64,000 nucleotides of DNA from an uncultured Solirubrobacteraceae bacterium (GTDB lineage Bacteria > Actinomycetota > Thermoleophilia > Solirubrobacterales > Solirubrobacteraceae): the NCBI GenBank assembly GCA_963796305.1, contig CAWCKZ010000006.1, positions 511,210-575,209 on the forward strand. Reading direction: 5' to 3'. Position numbers and translations under genes: made by a program. This document shows, in pieces, positions 12,673 through 23,500 of the stretch (position 1 is the first letter of the stretch; the number at the start of each line of letters is the position of its first letter). The notes beneath the pieces are model-generated. The model was not told where the DNA came from, ran no database searches, and worked only from the letters and a program-made list of their open reading frames with translations.

Positions 12673-14079
12673 TCAGGGGAGCGGCGTGATCGTGACGATG
12701 CTGCTCGGGGCGAGGAGCAGCTTCACCGCTCCATGGGCGAGGGCGGGCTGCGAGGTGACGAGCCCAGGAGCAAGCGCGCTCAGCGTTTCCACCCGCACGG
12801 GCCCGGCGGCGCGCACGATCACCGGGCGCGCCTGCGGGCGCTCGTTGTCGAGGATCAGCACCGGTACGCCTGCCGGCGTGGTGGCCGAGCTCGCGACCAG
12901 GCCGCGCACCGACAGCGTGCGCAGCGAGGATCCCGGCAGGAGCCACTGGTTGAGCGCCACGAGCGCGCTCTCGAGCGGCCGGGCGACGAGTTCGGGGCCG
13001 CGCATCACGAACGGGTCGTAGGCGCCGCCGCTGAAGTGGAAGCGCACCTCCTGGAACCCGGTCTTGAGGGCAGCGAGCACGAAGCGCACCGCCCACACGG
13101 CGGCGGCGGGTGAGTCCGAGACACCGGGCTGGCCTCCGCAGGAGACGGAGTTCGCCTCGGAGACGATCGCGGGAACGCCCGCCGCGCGCGCGTCTGCGAC
13201 AACCCACGCCTGGCGGCGCGGCGCTTCCGCGGCGCTGGTGGAGAGAAGCCCTTTGATCGTCGCCGTCTTCGGCGTCGCACATACCGTGAGCGGATACGCG
13301 TGGACGCCCACCGCTTGCTCGTGCAGAGCCGCGATCACGCGTGGCAGTTCGCGCTGCCAGTGAGCGGCGCGCGCGAGTTCTGGGCCGATCAGCGGAAGCG
13401 ATCCGCCTGAGCTCTGCAGCAGGTAGCCGGCAACCTGCAGGTACAGGCTCACCTCTGACGCTTCTTCGCCCGGCAGCGGCTTGGCGAGCGAGGCGTAGTT
13501 GGGCAGGTAGTAGAGGTCGGGCTCGTTGCCGAGCGAGAAGTCGAGGCCCGCGGTGGCGGCGCTCTGCGCCCCCGCGACGATCTTCGCCGTCCACGACGGC
13601 GATCCGATCCGAGCGTTCAGGCCGACCGTGAGCGGGTCGCTCGAGCCCGTGAGCAGGCAGTGGAGCTGCGCCCAGAAGGCGCTCGGCAGCGGGTACGCCG
13701 TCACAGCCGTCCACGATTCTGGTGTGCCGCTCGCAGCTTCAGCCGGAACCGTGAGGTCTTGACTGACGCCCGACAGCGCGAGCGGGGGCGAGCCGAGCCG
13801 GACGAGCTCCGCCGTGAGCGCGGGCGGCGGGCACGGCCCGGTGCCGAGATAGCGCGCCATCAAGGGGTACTCGAGCGACAGCCCGACGGGACGCATCGTC
13901 ACCGGCACGCCCGATCCGGCGGGCGCCGCGGCGAGCGACACTTCGGAGGGCTTGACGGCGTGGCGCGCGGGGCCGTGCGTGGAGGCCGCCTGTGCGCCCG
14001 CCGACGCCCACAGGCATGCGAACGCGCAGGCGAGCGCGAGCAGCCTCAGGTGCGGCGGTCGCCAGGGACGGCGCGGCAT
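12673..14079 (-). CDS. Secreted glycoside hydrolase, GH79-like (clan A)
   Basis: Signal peptide, GLSLEY, acid/base GNEPDLY, HAYP and nucleophile region VSEANSVSCGG. Confidence 0.7.
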   Translation of the reverse strand: MPRRPWRPPHLRLLALACAFACLWASAGAQAASTHGPARHAVKPSEVSLAAAPAGSGVPVTMRPVGLSLEYPLMARYLGTGPCPPPALTAELVRLGSPPLALSGVSQDLTVPAEAASGTPESWTAVTAYPLPSAFWAQLHCLLTGSSDPLTVGLNARIGSPSWTAKIVAGAQSAATAGLDFSLGNEPDLYYLPNYASLAKPLPGEEASEVSLYLQVAGYLLQSSGGSLPLIGPELARAAHWQRELPRVIAALHEQAVGVHAYPLTVCATPKTATIKGLLSTSAAEAPRRQAWVVADARAAGVPAIVSEANSVSCGGQPGVSDSPAAAVWAVRFVLAALKTGFQEVRFHFSGGAYDPFVMRGPELVARPLESALVALNQWLLPGSSLRTLSVRGLVASSATTPAGVPVLILDNERPQARPVIVRAAGPVRVETLSALAPGLVTSQPALAHGAVKLLLAPSSIVTITPLP

Positions 14080-14183
14080 CGAGCGAACGTACCAAGCGCC
14101 GCCGCTGTCGGCGCCGGGCAAGACGCCGCCGCTCGCCGCGCGCCGGCGCTGGGAGCGCTACCCGCCGGTGGCGCCCGGCGGTG

Positions 14184-14669
14184 TCAGCCGCTGAACGCGC
14201 CGGCCTCCACAGGACGCACGATCGGCCTCAGCTCGTCGAGCTCCAGAGCGAGGCGGCCCATCGCCTTCGCGAGTGCGCGTCGCAGCAGGGCGCGGAGGGC
14301 GGGTTCGAGCGCCTGCTCGAGCAGCGTCGCCTGGACCCACTCGAGATCGAGCGACACGCGCGTGCCGACGCCGGGCGCCTCGTCGAGCACGTAGACCGCC
14401 CGCGTGACGCTACGGCCCCCTGCTGCAACCGCCTGATCGACGATCGTGCGCGGCGGGTGGGCCTCCACGAGCGCGAGCGTCATCGGCACGGACGGCCCTC
14501 CACCCAGGCGCACGTGCGCCTGCCCGCCCGGCCCCGTGAGCGGACCGGACACGCGCCATCGCGTGAGCACGTGGTCGAACAGGTCCTCGTGGTTCGCAAG
14601 CACGCTCAGGTAGTCGAACACCTTCGTGCGGTCGTGCGGAACGGTCACAGAGACGGACACGGGATTCAT
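14184..14669 (-). CDS. SRPBCC family protein
   Basis: VSVSVTV...VFDYL START-like pattern; AAGGAGG RBS. Confidence 0.75.
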   Translation of the reverse strand: MNPVSVSVTVPHDRTKVFDYLSVLANHEDLFDHVLTRWRVSGPLTGPGGQAHVRLGGGPSVPMTLALVEAHPPRTIVDQAVAAGGRSVTRAVYVLDEAPGVGTRVSLDLEWVQATLLEQALEPALRALLRRALAKAMGRLALELDELRPIVRPVEAGAFSG

Positions 14670-14851
14670 GTCGCCCTCCTTGGTAGCGGTCACCTACGGC
14701 CTTGCCTGGCCGCCGCCCGAGGCTACCCGGAGAACGGATCGAGAAACGCCCCGCCGCAGCCTCGTAACAGGGCACGCCCCGCCGCGCAGGGCTCATCCGC
14801 TCCGTGGCGCGCCGGGCGCGCTTGCCCGGAGCGACGTCCGCGGCGCCTTCG

Positions 14852-15256
14852 TCAGCCGTCCGCCCGCGGGAGGTGCTCCTCGATGTAGCCCTGCGCGAGC
14901 CGCTTCGGCGCACGGGCGAGCCAGGCTTCCACGACCAGCTCCTCGAGCTCGTCGTGCTCGATCCGCTCGAGCTGCACGAGGACCGCGGGATAGCCGTCGA
15001 AGTGCGGCGTGGTGAAGAACACGGCGGGATCGCCCGCGATCAGCGCCTCCTTCACGCCGAGGCTCTCCACGCGAACGCCGAGGATCGGCCCGTCCGGCGC
15101 AGAGGAGCCGAGCTGGCGAACTTCGCCCGGGCGAAGCGGCCGCTCCCACACGAACAGCTTCTCGCGCACGCGCCACTGCGCACGGCCGCGAGAGGAGCGC
15201 TCGCTCGCCTCCGGCAGCGACAGCGCGACACGCCGCACGTGCTGCCAGTCCGCCAC
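14852..15256 (-). CDS. MmcQ/YjbR family protein
   Basis: ALSLPE, FFTTPHFDGYPAVLV and EAWLARAPKRL. Confidence 0.85.
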   Translation of the reverse strand: MADWQHVRRVALSLPEASERSSRGRAQWRVREKLFVWERPLRPGEVRQLGSSAPDGPILGVRVESLGVKEALIAGDPAVFFTTPHFDGYPAVLVQLERIEHDELEELVVEAWLARAPKRLAQGYIEEHLPRADG

Positions 15257-15262
15257 CCGCCC

Positions 15263-15834
15263 TCAGTCCTCCCGGACGGGAGGCAGCGCGCCGCGCCGGC
15301 AGCGCCTTGCAGGCGCGGTTCGAGCTCCGCGAGAGCGGACGCGAACACCGTGTGCGCCCGTGCGTCGAACAGCCAGAAGCGCGCCTCCTCGACATCCGGA
15401 TGCTGATCGAGCGCCTCCGCCGTCGCACCGAGCGCCACCCGCGCCGCGGGGCCGAGCGGATAGCCGTACACGCCCGTGGAGATGGCGGGGAACGCGATCC
15501 GGTGGCAGCCGTGCTCGGCGGCGAGCGCTACCGCCCAGCGATGGCACGAGGCGAGAAGCTCGGGCTCGCCCGCCTCGCCCCCGCTCCACACCGGGCCGAC
15601 GGCGTGGATGACGTGGCGCGCGTGCGCGATCCGCCCGGCGCCCGTGATCCGCGCCTCGCCCGTGGGACAGCCGCCGAGCACGCTGCACTCCCGCCCCAGG
15701 TCGGGTCCCGCCGCGCGGTGGATCGCCCCATCCACACCTGCCCCGCCCCGCAGACCGGTGTTCGCGGCGTTCACGATCGCGTCCGCGTGCACGTCGGTTG
15801 TGATGTCTCCTTTGTGCAGCGTGATCCGCCCCAT
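15263..15834 (-). CDS. Macro-domain O-acetyl-ADP-ribose deacetylase (YmdB-like)
   Basis: GDIT, DAIVNAAN, GGAGVDGAIHRAAG, HAVGP and FPAISTGVYGYP; indel near the 3' end. Confidence 0.9.
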
Positions 15835-15944
15835 TCCGCCACTGTAGCCCGACGTATGCTCGGCGGGGCGGTGCAGCTGCTCGGCCGGCGATGCGGGGTC
15901 CGCGCGTGCCCGCGATCCGCGGGCGCGGGCCGCTCGCGGGCCGG

Positions 15945-17675
15945 TCAGGACGTCTTCAGTTTCTTGCCCTTGCCCACGCTCGTACCGCCCGAGCTCGTGG
16001 CGGCGATGCGGAAGTGGTAGGCCGTTTTCGGCGTGAGCCCGGCGAGCGTCGCCGACACCGCCACGGGGCTCGTGCCCGATCCCGGCAGCGAGCTGCACGG
16101 GACGCTCTGACCGTAGGCGGTGGTGAGCCCGTATTCGAAGCTGCAGGCGAGCACTTCGTTGCCGTTCGGATCGACCGTCGCGTTCAGCACCGCACCCGTT
16201 TCCTGGATCGAACTCGCGGCTGTCGTGTGCACCGTCGGAATCGCCTGCGAGGCGCCGCCGAGCGCCACGAGGCCGTTGGGCGTGCCCACCCCCGCCGGCC
16301 CGTCGAGGCCCGGGGCGGCGTCGCAGGCGGTGGTGCCCAGGCAGTCGAGCGGGCCGAGCAGTTCGTTGAGTTCGGGCTCGCCGCACGGTCCCGGGGCTTC
16401 GCCGTCGCAGAAGCCGTTGCCGCCCGCGGTGACGTCGTAGAGCGAGGGCTGCCCGAGATGCGCGTACAGCGTCGCCGCCGGATAGCTCGCGCCGTGGCTC
16501 CCGCCGGCAAGCGCGAACAGCCCGGCGATGACGGGCGAGGAGAGCGAGGTGCCGCCGACCGTGAGCCAGCCGCCGGCGAAGCTCGGTTCGTACTTGTAGG
16601 TGTCGTAGATGTCGAAGCCGGTGAACGGGTCGCCGTCGGCGGCGACATCGTTGTCGAGGCGCGCGCTGCCACACCCTGCAGCCGCGAATCCGGCAGCTTC
16701 GTGCTGCCAGGTGGGCGCTGCGAACCGCGTGGAGCAGCCGCCTCCACTGCCGGCGAGCTGCTTCAGTTCTTCGCGCGACGGGCGTCCCGTGCCGTTCCAC
16801 ACGGTCTCGCTCTTGCGCGCGCCGCTTGCCTTCAGCTTCAGCGACGTGCCACCCACGGACACGACGGAGGGAAGGGCAGCGGGCGCGTCCGGGAGGCCGG
16901 GTGCGGCGCCGAGTTCGAAGACGAAGTCCCAGTTGAGGTAGCCCGAGTCGCCCGATGCCGCCGTGACAACGGTGCCCGGGTGGTCGTAGGCGGCGATTTC
17001 GCTCGCGCCGAATTCGGTCTCGAACCCGCCGTAGGAGTTCGACACCTCATCCGCGCCGAGCGCCACAGCCTCGTTCACGGCCGCGGCGAGGTCGGCGAAC
17101 GTTTCCGAGTTGGCCTCGACGAGCAGGATCTTGCAGTTGGGGCAGACACTGTGCGCGCTCTCGACGTCGAGCGTGATCTCCACAGACCATCCGCGCGTGT
17201 CGGCGGAGGGCAGTTCGCTCGCGCTCCCCGTCTGGCCCACCTTCTCGAGGCACCCGTTGCCCGCGGTGCACGCGGGCAGGCCGTACTGCGCGTCGAAGGC
17301 GGCGAGGTCTTCTTCGAGCTTGGGGTCGTCGAAGGCATCGACGATCGCGAGCGTCTGGCCGCCCCCTCCGAACGCGGGCACGAAGCCGTATGCGCCGGCG
17401 AGGTCCGCCGGTGTGAGGCCCCCGGCGGGCCCCGCCGACGCCGACCCGGCGCCCGCCTGCGCAAGGCTCGCACCCGAGGCGCCGGGTCGCGAGGGCACGA
17501 GAGCGAGCGCCAAGCAGCTGGCGCGTGCGGGAGGCGGTGCAGCGCACACGTGTCGCACGGTGGCGTACCGCGTAGCGCCCCCGGGCAGAGCGGCGCTCGC
17601 CGGCGGCGCTCCTGCGGCGTAGAGGATCGCCGCGAGCGAGAGCACGGACAGTGAGGGAACCCCGAGTCGTCGCAT
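15945..17675 (-). CDS. Secreted S53/S8 serine peptidase with C-terminal Fn3-like domain
   Basis: Signal peptide, EITLD, SNSYG, ASGDSG and GGTSLSSP; C-terminal 'FEYG.TTAYG...YHFRI'. Confidence 0.85.
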   Translation of the reverse strand: MRRLGVPSLSVLSLAAILYAAGAPPASAALPGGATRYATVRHVCAAPPPARASCLALALVPSRPGASGASLAQAGAGSASAGPAGGLTPADLAGAYGFVPAFGGGGQTLAIVDAFDDPKLEEDLAAFDAQYGLPACTAGNGCLEKVGQTGSASELPSADTRGWSVEITLDVESAHSVCPNCKILLVEANSETFADLAAAVNEAVALGADEVSNSYGGFETEFGASEIAAYDHPGTVVTAASGDSGYLNWDFVFELGAAPGLPDAPAALPSVVSVGGTSLKLKASGARKSETVWNGTGRPSREELKQLAGSGGGCSTRFAAPTWQHEAAGFAAAGCGSARLDNDVAADGDPFTGFDIYDTYKYEPSFAGGWLTVGGTSLSSPVIAGLFALAGGSHGASYPAATLYAHLGQPSLYDVTAGGNGFCDGEAPGPCGEPELNELLGPLDCLGTTACDAAPGLDGPAGVGTPNGLVALGGASQAIPTVHTTAASSIQETGAVLNATVDPNGNEVLACSFEYGLTTAYGQSVPCSSLPGSGTSPVAVSATLAGLTPKTAYHFRIAATSSGGTSVGKGKKLKTS

Positions 17676-17882
17676 GACCTTGCCCACCTTCCGATCGATT
17701 GGAGGCGCGCCCGAGCGTACCCCACCATCCGCCGCTGATCGGGCCGTGTGGACGGATGGACATCGTGGCTCCCGGCGGCGTCGGCGTGCCCGCGGGCAGC
17801 TGCTCGCGCGGGGCGAACTCCCGCGAGCCCGGCGGCGGCGCGTTGGATCAGCGGGCGGGTTCCGGGCGAGCCCGGCGGCGGA

Positions 17883-19856
17883 TCAGTGGCTGGGTTCCGG
17901 CGCGGTGAACATCTCCTGGCCGAGGCGCACCGCGGGGACTCCCGCGTCGAGGGAGATGAGATCCGAGAGCGAGTGCTTGTAGCTGACGCCGTACTGCTGC
18001 TTGATGGCTTCCAGCGCGGGATCGTTCAGATAGAAGAAGCGGTCGCCGTCGCGCAGCGCTTCGAACTGCCGGCGCCACATGGCGGACTGCAGTTCGCCGA
18101 GGTCGCTGCCGGGAAGATGCGGCTCGGAGACCATGCCGACGTAGGCGTCGAGGTTGTCAACCGATCCGTAGATCGCCTTCAGCCGAGCGGCGAGCGTGGT
18201 ACGCCGCGTCGCGTATACGGCGCGTCCGCCGGACCCTGCGGCGACGGGTTCGCCGAAGAAGTTCTTCAACGACGTGAAGTCGAGGATGTGGGGGTCGTCG
18301 ATCGCGTCGGTCGCCGGGATCAGCGGGTCGTCGGAGGGGAATTCTTCGCTCGCCTCGCCGGTCACCTGCGCGAACGTGCTCTGCGGCGCGAGCCCGAGCG
18401 ATTCGCGAAGCTGGTTGTAGGTCGGCATGCCGTTGTCGCGGGAGCGCTGGATGTCGACGGCGGCGAGGTCCTCGACGACGCTGAAGCACCCGGGCGGGAC
18501 GGGTTCGCCGAAGCACGTCGCGGGGTCGGTGCCGGGACCGGGGATGCCGAACAGCACGCTGCGCAACGCGTCGCCCACCTGCTCGTCGTTCTTGACCGCG
18601 GGGTCGAGCCACAGCGCTTCGAGCATCGGGCCGAGCCCGGCGGCGGGCACGACGGCGGGGTCGAAGAACGCCGCCCCCTGCGGGATCGTCACCTGTATCA
18701 GCTTGGGGCGCTTGCTGATGAGGTCGACCTGCAGCCCCAGCGCCTTCATGGCGGCCAGCTTCTTGCCGCTGTACCTTGCGGGCGCGAGCGCGAGCGAGCT
18801 GTTCACCATCGAGTGCAGGCGGAAGCCGATCGTCGCGAATTCGTCGCTGAGCTCGCTGTTCACGCTCGGGTCGTAGCCGTGGTAGGGGCTCAGGCTCACT
18901 CCCATCGCGGGAAGGAATTCGGTGTAGGTGATGTACTGCTCCTCCGCCGCCACCACGCGCCGCGCGATCTGGAAGCGTTCTTCGGCGCTCAGCGTCCCGG
19001 GCAGCGCGGCGGCGATGCGATTGTGCTCGCGTGCGAACAGCGTGGTGACGGCGGTGAGCTCCGCGTTCTCGTTGGCGCGCACGTCGCCGGCCTCGACGGC
19101 GCTCTGGGGCGCGCCCGCGAGCGCGCCTTCGGTGACCATCCAGGGAGCGGTGGACGCATTGCCGCGCGCCGTGGCGGCGGGGAGGTACTTGCGCGGCATG
19201 AGCAGTTCCGCTCCGGCGGTGCCGGGCTTGCCGTTGTCGGGCCCCGTCCGCAGCCATTCCAGACGCTTGGGGCTCGAGCCGTAGATCGCCGAGCCGTCGA
19301 TGTGGGAGCCGACGGTGTTGACCTGCTCCCGCGGGTTCGCCGCGCTCGTGCCGGTGCCCGCAAGCACCGCGCTGCGCGTGAACGGGATCGCACCGAGCGT
19401 GTCGCTGAAGCTCTCGAGCGGGTCGGCGGCGTCGAAGGGGATCGGCGCTTCTTCATCGCCCGTTTCGGCACGCCCGAAGGTGTGGTCGAGGAACTGCCCC
19501 CACGCCCACACCCACTGGCTGAGGTTGCGCTCGGAGTAGAGGTCGACGCCGAGCGAGTTGAAGATCCGGTTGCTCACGTAGCGAGGGTTGGGACCACCAG
19601 CCATCGCCCCGGCACCGTCGGCGTAGCGCGCGGGAGCGAGGCGCAGATAGGCAGAGCCGGCCTCGCCCCAGGTGGGGTGGGCGGCGTTGTTGGCGCTGCC
19701 GTCGAGGCTCTCCACTTCCATCGCCGCTCCGGCCGTGCGAACCGCCGCGTGCCGCTTGGCGCTCGCGGGCGTCACGGGGGCCGCCAGCAGCAGACCGGCG
19801 CACGCCAGCGCTGCGACCGCGGCGCTTCGCGCCCTGCATCCCCTCGTGCCGTCCAT
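17883..19856 (-). CDS. Secreted animal-type heme peroxidase family protein
   Basis: SLDGSANN, WGQFLDH, GDVRANEN, FAREHN, FRLHS, IQRSRDNG and RDGDRFFY. Confidence 0.9.
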   Translation of the reverse strand: MDGTRGCRARSAAVAALACAGLLLAAPVTPASAKRHAAVRTAGAAMEVESLDGSANNAAHPTWGEAGSAYLRLAPARYADGAGAMAGGPNPRYVSNRIFNSLGVDLYSERNLSQWVWAWGQFLDHTFGRAETGDEEAPIPFDAADPLESFSDTLGAIPFTRSAVLAGTGTSAANPREQVNTVGSHIDGSAIYGSSPKRLEWLRTGPDNGKPGTAGAELLMPRKYLPAATARGNASTAPWMVTEGALAGAPQSAVEAGDVRANENAELTAVTTLFAREHNRIAAALPGTLSAEERFQIARRVVAAEEQYITYTEFLPAMGVSLSPYHGYDPSVNSELSDEFATIGFRLHSMVNSSLALAPARYSGKKLAAMKALGLQVDLISKRPKLIQVTIPQGAAFFDPAVVPAAGLGPMLEALWLDPAVKNDEQVGDALRSVLFGIPGPGTDPATCFGEPVPPGCFSVVEDLAAVDIQRSRDNGMPTYNQLRESLGLAPQSTFAQVTGEASEEFPSDDPLIPATDAIDDPHILDFTSLKNFFGEPVAAGSGGRAVYATRRTTLAARLKAIYGSVDNLDAYVGMVSEPHLPGSDLGELQSAMWRRQFEALRDGDRFFYLNDPALEAIKQQYGVSYKHSLSDLISLDAGVPAVRLGQEMFTAPEPSH

Positions 19857-20008
19857 GACGTGCTGCGCCCCTCCTGTCCGGCGCAGCCGCCGACCGCGCT
19901 CGCTGTTCCCTCTTGGCGCGGGGCGATTGCGGCGCCCCGCGGCGGAGGAGTGTGCCACGCGCGAGCGCGCGCCGTCAAGCTGCAACCGCGCGGGCGGCGC
20001 AGCCCGGC

Positions 20009-21080
20009 CTAGGCGACGCCGCGCAGCCGGGTGCGCTGTGTCTTGTGGCTGCAGAGCGCGTCGTCGGCGGCAACGAGGACTTCCTCGCTGCTCATCCCGG
20101 GCGTCAGCTCGGCGACTCCGGTGCCGATCGTCACGGGCCGCCCGTCGGGCCGCCTGCACACGCGCAGGACCTGCTCGCGCAGTCGCGCCGCCATCCGCCG
20201 GCCGCCCACGCTGTCGCTCTCGCGGAGGATCACCGCGAACTCGTCGCCCGCCCACCTGAACGCGACGTCGGGCCTGCGTACCGCGCCGGCGAGCGCCTCG
20301 GCGATTGCTCGCAGCACCGTGTCGCCCGCCGTGTGTCCGAAGCTGTCGTTGATCTCCTTGAACTGGTTCACGTCGCACAGCAGCAGCGACACCGGGGTGT
20401 TGTCGAAGCGTGCGCGCTCCACCGCGACGGCGAGCGCCTCGTCGAACGCACGGCGGTTGGGCATGCCCGTGAGCGGGTCCACGTGCGCGAGCGCGTTCGC
20501 CTGGTCGCCCGCGTCCTTCAGGCGTGCGCGGTGCACGCGGGTGCTGCTCATCACCGCGGAGATCATCAGCGTCATGACCCACAGCAGCCACAGCTCGGTG
20601 ACGATCAGCGGTACGTCGATCGTGCTGTAGAGGAGCGGCGAGAGCGCCGCTGCGGTGGCAGCCATCAGGACCCACACGCAGCGCCGCACGTGCTGCCCGC
20701 CCGCGGAGCCGATCGTCGTGAGCACCAGGAGCTGGCGTGTAGGGCGCGCGCCCCCCGCCCGCGAGCCACGCTAGGAGGGCTACCTGCGCGGCGCCTGTGA
20801 ACGACGTGGCATGGATCGTCGCCACCGACGGGCGGTGCTTGAGCATGAGGCAGAGCACGCCCGTCACGAGACCTCCCACCATCAGCGGCAGCATGACCAG
20901 CCACCCCGCCCAGCCGATCCGCGCCGTGGGCGGGAAGAAGATGCTCAGCACGAGCGCTGTAGCCGCGCCGACCGCCCACAGGAAGCCGGCGCCCCGGATG
21001 ATCACCTCGAGCTGCGCGCCCCGATACTCGTCGAGCGCGGGAGCGGGCTGCCTGGCGGTCGTGGTCGAGAGCGTTTCCAT
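20009..21080 (-). CDS. Membrane diguanylate cyclase (AGDEF variant; frameshift near 20735)
   Basis: TM helices, DPLTGMPNRR, FKEINDSFGH and RWAGDEF. Confidence 0.9.
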
Positions 21081-21298
21081 GGGCGGGTCGTTTCCTCACC
21101 TAGTTCTCGACCCTCTGCTGAGCGAGCTTTACGAGCACGGGATCGCAGCGGACGCGCTGCCGCTTGGCTTGCACGACGGCGCGCAGCGACGCGAGATCAC
21201 GCCAGTGCGAAGCCGCGATGGCGCGGCGCGCGTGCGGCGCGCCGCTGCGGACTCAGAGTGTCGATCCGCCTCTTCGAAGGGGCGACGCGATCCGGTGA

Positions 21299-21371
21299 TG
21301 GCGAGACCCAGACTCGAACTGGGGACACCACGATTTTCAGTCGTGTGCTCTACCAACTGAGCTATCTCGCC
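21299..21371 (-). tRNA. tRNA-Phe (GAA), CCA not encoded
   Basis: GGCGAGA/TCTCGCC acceptor stem, D-arm AGCTCAGTTGGTAGAGC, anticodon loop CTGAAAA and T-loop TTCGAGT. Confidence 0.97.
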
Positions 21372-21416
21372 GGAACGCCGTCCGATGCTAGCGGCTCGCC
21401 ATAGCGAGCGACTGAC

Positions 21417-22490
21417 CTACCAGGCTTCGAGATAGGGCAGCGGATCGATCGGTTCGCCGCCCGCCGCCCGCCAGCCGCCCACCCACATCTCGAAGTGCAG
21501 ATGCGGCCCGGTTGCATCGCCCGTGGCTCCCACGCGGCAGAGCTCCTGGCCGGCCGCGACCGCCTGTTCGGAAGAGACGGCGGTGGAGCCGGCCTGGCAG
21601 TGGGCGAACATGAAGTCGAATCCCACGCGTGTGTGCTCGACCACGTAGTAGCCGGCGCCGCCCGCCTGGTAGGCGGTGGTGAGGATCGAGCCGTTGAGCG
21701 GTGCGACGACGGGCAGGCCTTCTGCGGCGAGCACATCCTGCCCCTGATGGATGTGGCCTTCGCGCGGTGCGCCGAAGCGGTTTTCGGCGTCACCGAAGCT
21801 GTGTGGGCCCGCCACCGGGAACACGGCGCCGTCCGCTGCGAGCTGCGCGGGCGTGGGCACGCCCGCGGGCGGCGGCGCGGGGGCAGGTGCGCTCGGCGGG
21901 CTCGCCGGCTTGGGCGGCGGGGCAGGCGCATGAACGAGCAGGTTGGCGCGCCCGGAGGCGTGGGCGGAGCGCAGCAGCAGGCCGCCGTGGTGGTCGTGCG
22001 CGCTCACGCTCACGCGGTAGCTCCCGGGCTTCACGCGCGCGCCGGACGGCCAGCGCACGGCGAACGTGTGGCCGGTGCGCACCCAGCCCGGCTGGGCGAG
22101 CACCACCACCCGGCGCGTGACCAGGTCGGTGATGAGCACCCGCACGAACACGGTGGCGACGCCGGGCTCGCGGACTTCTACGAGCGTGCGCGGCGGGCTG
22201 CCTGCGAGCGCGCTCCCGGGCACGCTCATGCGCGCCACCACGGGCCGCAGCGGCGCGCGGACCACCACGCCGTACTCGCTGCCGCCCGCCGTCGGGGCGG
22301 AGGGTGCCTGGGCGCCGCCGCCCGTGCCGCTCGTGCGCGGGACGGCGGGGGCGTTGTCGGCTGCGGGCGCCGTACCCGAGGGGGCGCGGGCACCGCCGCT
22401 CGCGCTGGGCAGCGCGTCGGCGCGGCCGGCGCCGGCGAGGACGAGGACGGACGCGAGAACGGCGGACAGAAGCGCGCGAGGACGCCGCAT
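21417..22490 (-). CDS. Secreted M23 family peptidase
   Basis: Signal peptide, HQGQD, FAH and GPHLHFE. Confidence 0.9.
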   Translation of the reverse strand: MRRPRALLSAVLASVLVLAGAGRADALPSASGGARAPSGTAPAADNAPAVPRTSGTGGGAQAPSAPTAGGSEYGVVVRAPLRPVVARMSVPGSALAGSPPRTLVEVREPGVATVFVRVLITDLVTRRVVVLAQPGWVRTGHTFAVRWPSGARVKPGSYRVSVSAHDHHGGLLLRSAHASGRANLLVHAPAPPPKPASPPSAPAPAPPPAGVPTPAQLAADGAVFPVAGPHSFGDAENRFGAPREGHIHQGQDVLAAEGLPVVAPLNGSILTTAYQAGGAGYYVVEHTRVGFDFMFAHCQAGSTAVSSEQAVAAGQELCRVGATGDATGPHLHFEMWVGGWRAAGGEPIDPLPYLEAW

Positions 22491-22557
22491 GCCTCTTTGT
22501 CGGCAGCGAAGGCGCCGCGCGAGAAGCGTTGGGCCGGCTCTTGCAGCCCGAAGCGGT

Positions 22558-23490
22558 CTACGCGGCGGCTTCGAATTCGGCGACGAGTGCCCGGTAGGTC
22601 TCGCGCAGCCCGTCGGCGAGAGCTGTTTGCGCTCGCCATCCGAGCTCCCGCTCGGCCTTCGTCACATCGAGGCAGCTGCGCTGGAGCTCGCCGGGTCGCA
22701 GGTCGGCGAGCACCGGCGCAATCTCCTTGCCGGCGGCGGCGCTCAGCTCCCTCCACACCGTCGCCACGTCGGTCTCCACGCCGGTGGCGACGTTGTAGGT
22801 GCCCGACGTCCCCGCGGCGGCGAGCAGCGCGCCGACGACGTCGCCGACGTACACGTAGTCGCGGGTGGGCGAGCCTTCGCCGTACAGCTTCGGCGCGCGC
22901 CCGGTGTGCAGGTGGTGGGTGAAGATCGCAACCACGCCCGCCTCCCCATGCGGGCTCTGGCGCGGCCCGTAGACGTTGCCGAGCCGGCACACCGCGTGAG
23001 GGATCCCGGACGAGCGCGACCACGTCGTCACGTAGGACTCCGCCGCCCACTTCGAGGCCCCATACGGGGACAGCGGCTGCGGGATCTGCTGCTCCGAGGT
23101 GGGCATCGGTACGTCGTCGCCGTAGAGCGCGCCGCCCGTCGAGGTGAACACGACGGACGCGCCGCAGGGTCCGGCGGCCTGCACCACGTTGAGCGTGCCC
23201 TCGACGTTCACCTGGCAGTCGCGCAGGGGATCCTCGACGGACACCACGACGCTCGCCTGCGCGGCGAGGTGGTAGATCGCCTCGGGGCGCACCTCCTCGA
23301 CGACCGCGCGCAGCGCCGCCCCGTCGACGATGTCGAGCACCTTCAGCTCGGCGCCGCCGGCGACGCGCTCCGCCGCGCCGGAGGACAGGTCGTCGAGCAC
23401 CGTCACCTCGTCGCCCCTGGCGAGCAGCGCGTCCACCACATGCGAGCCGATGAACCCGGCGCCGCCGGTGACGATCGCGCGGGATGACAT
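22558..23490 (-). CDS. NAD-dependent epimerase/dehydratase (GalE-like)
   Basis: TGGAGFIG, HLAAQ, YGASK and NVYGPRQ. Confidence 0.92.
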   Translation of the reverse strand: MSSRAIVTGGAGFIGSHVVDALLARGDEVTVLDDLSSGAAERVAGGAELKVLDIVDGAALRAVVEEVRPEAIYHLAAQASVVVSVEDPLRDCQVNVEGTLNVVQAAGPCGASVVFTSTGGALYGDDVPMPTSEQQIPQPLSPYGASKWAAESYVTTWSRSSGIPHAVCRLGNVYGPRQSPHGEAGVVAIFTHHLHTGRAPKLYGEGSPTRDYVYVGDVVGALLAAAGTSGTYNVATGVETDVATVWRELSAAAGKEIAPVLADLRPGELQRSCLDVTKAERELGWRAQTALADGLRETYRALVAEFEAAA

Positions 23491-23500
23491 CCGCAGGAAT

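Noticed and set aside
15052-16800. 582-aa ORF containing a macro domain
   Set aside because: The upstream part is an off-frame shadow of the protease gene; the real gene starts at 15834.
17883-21080. 1065-aa ORF suggesting a membrane protein-peroxidase fusion
   Set aside because: A frameshift in the GGDEF gene shifts its N-terminus into a frame that runs through to the peroxidase; these are two separate genes.
21299-21371. tRNA-Phe as an island integration site
   Set aside because: No duplicated tRNA 3' end or integrase seen in the window.
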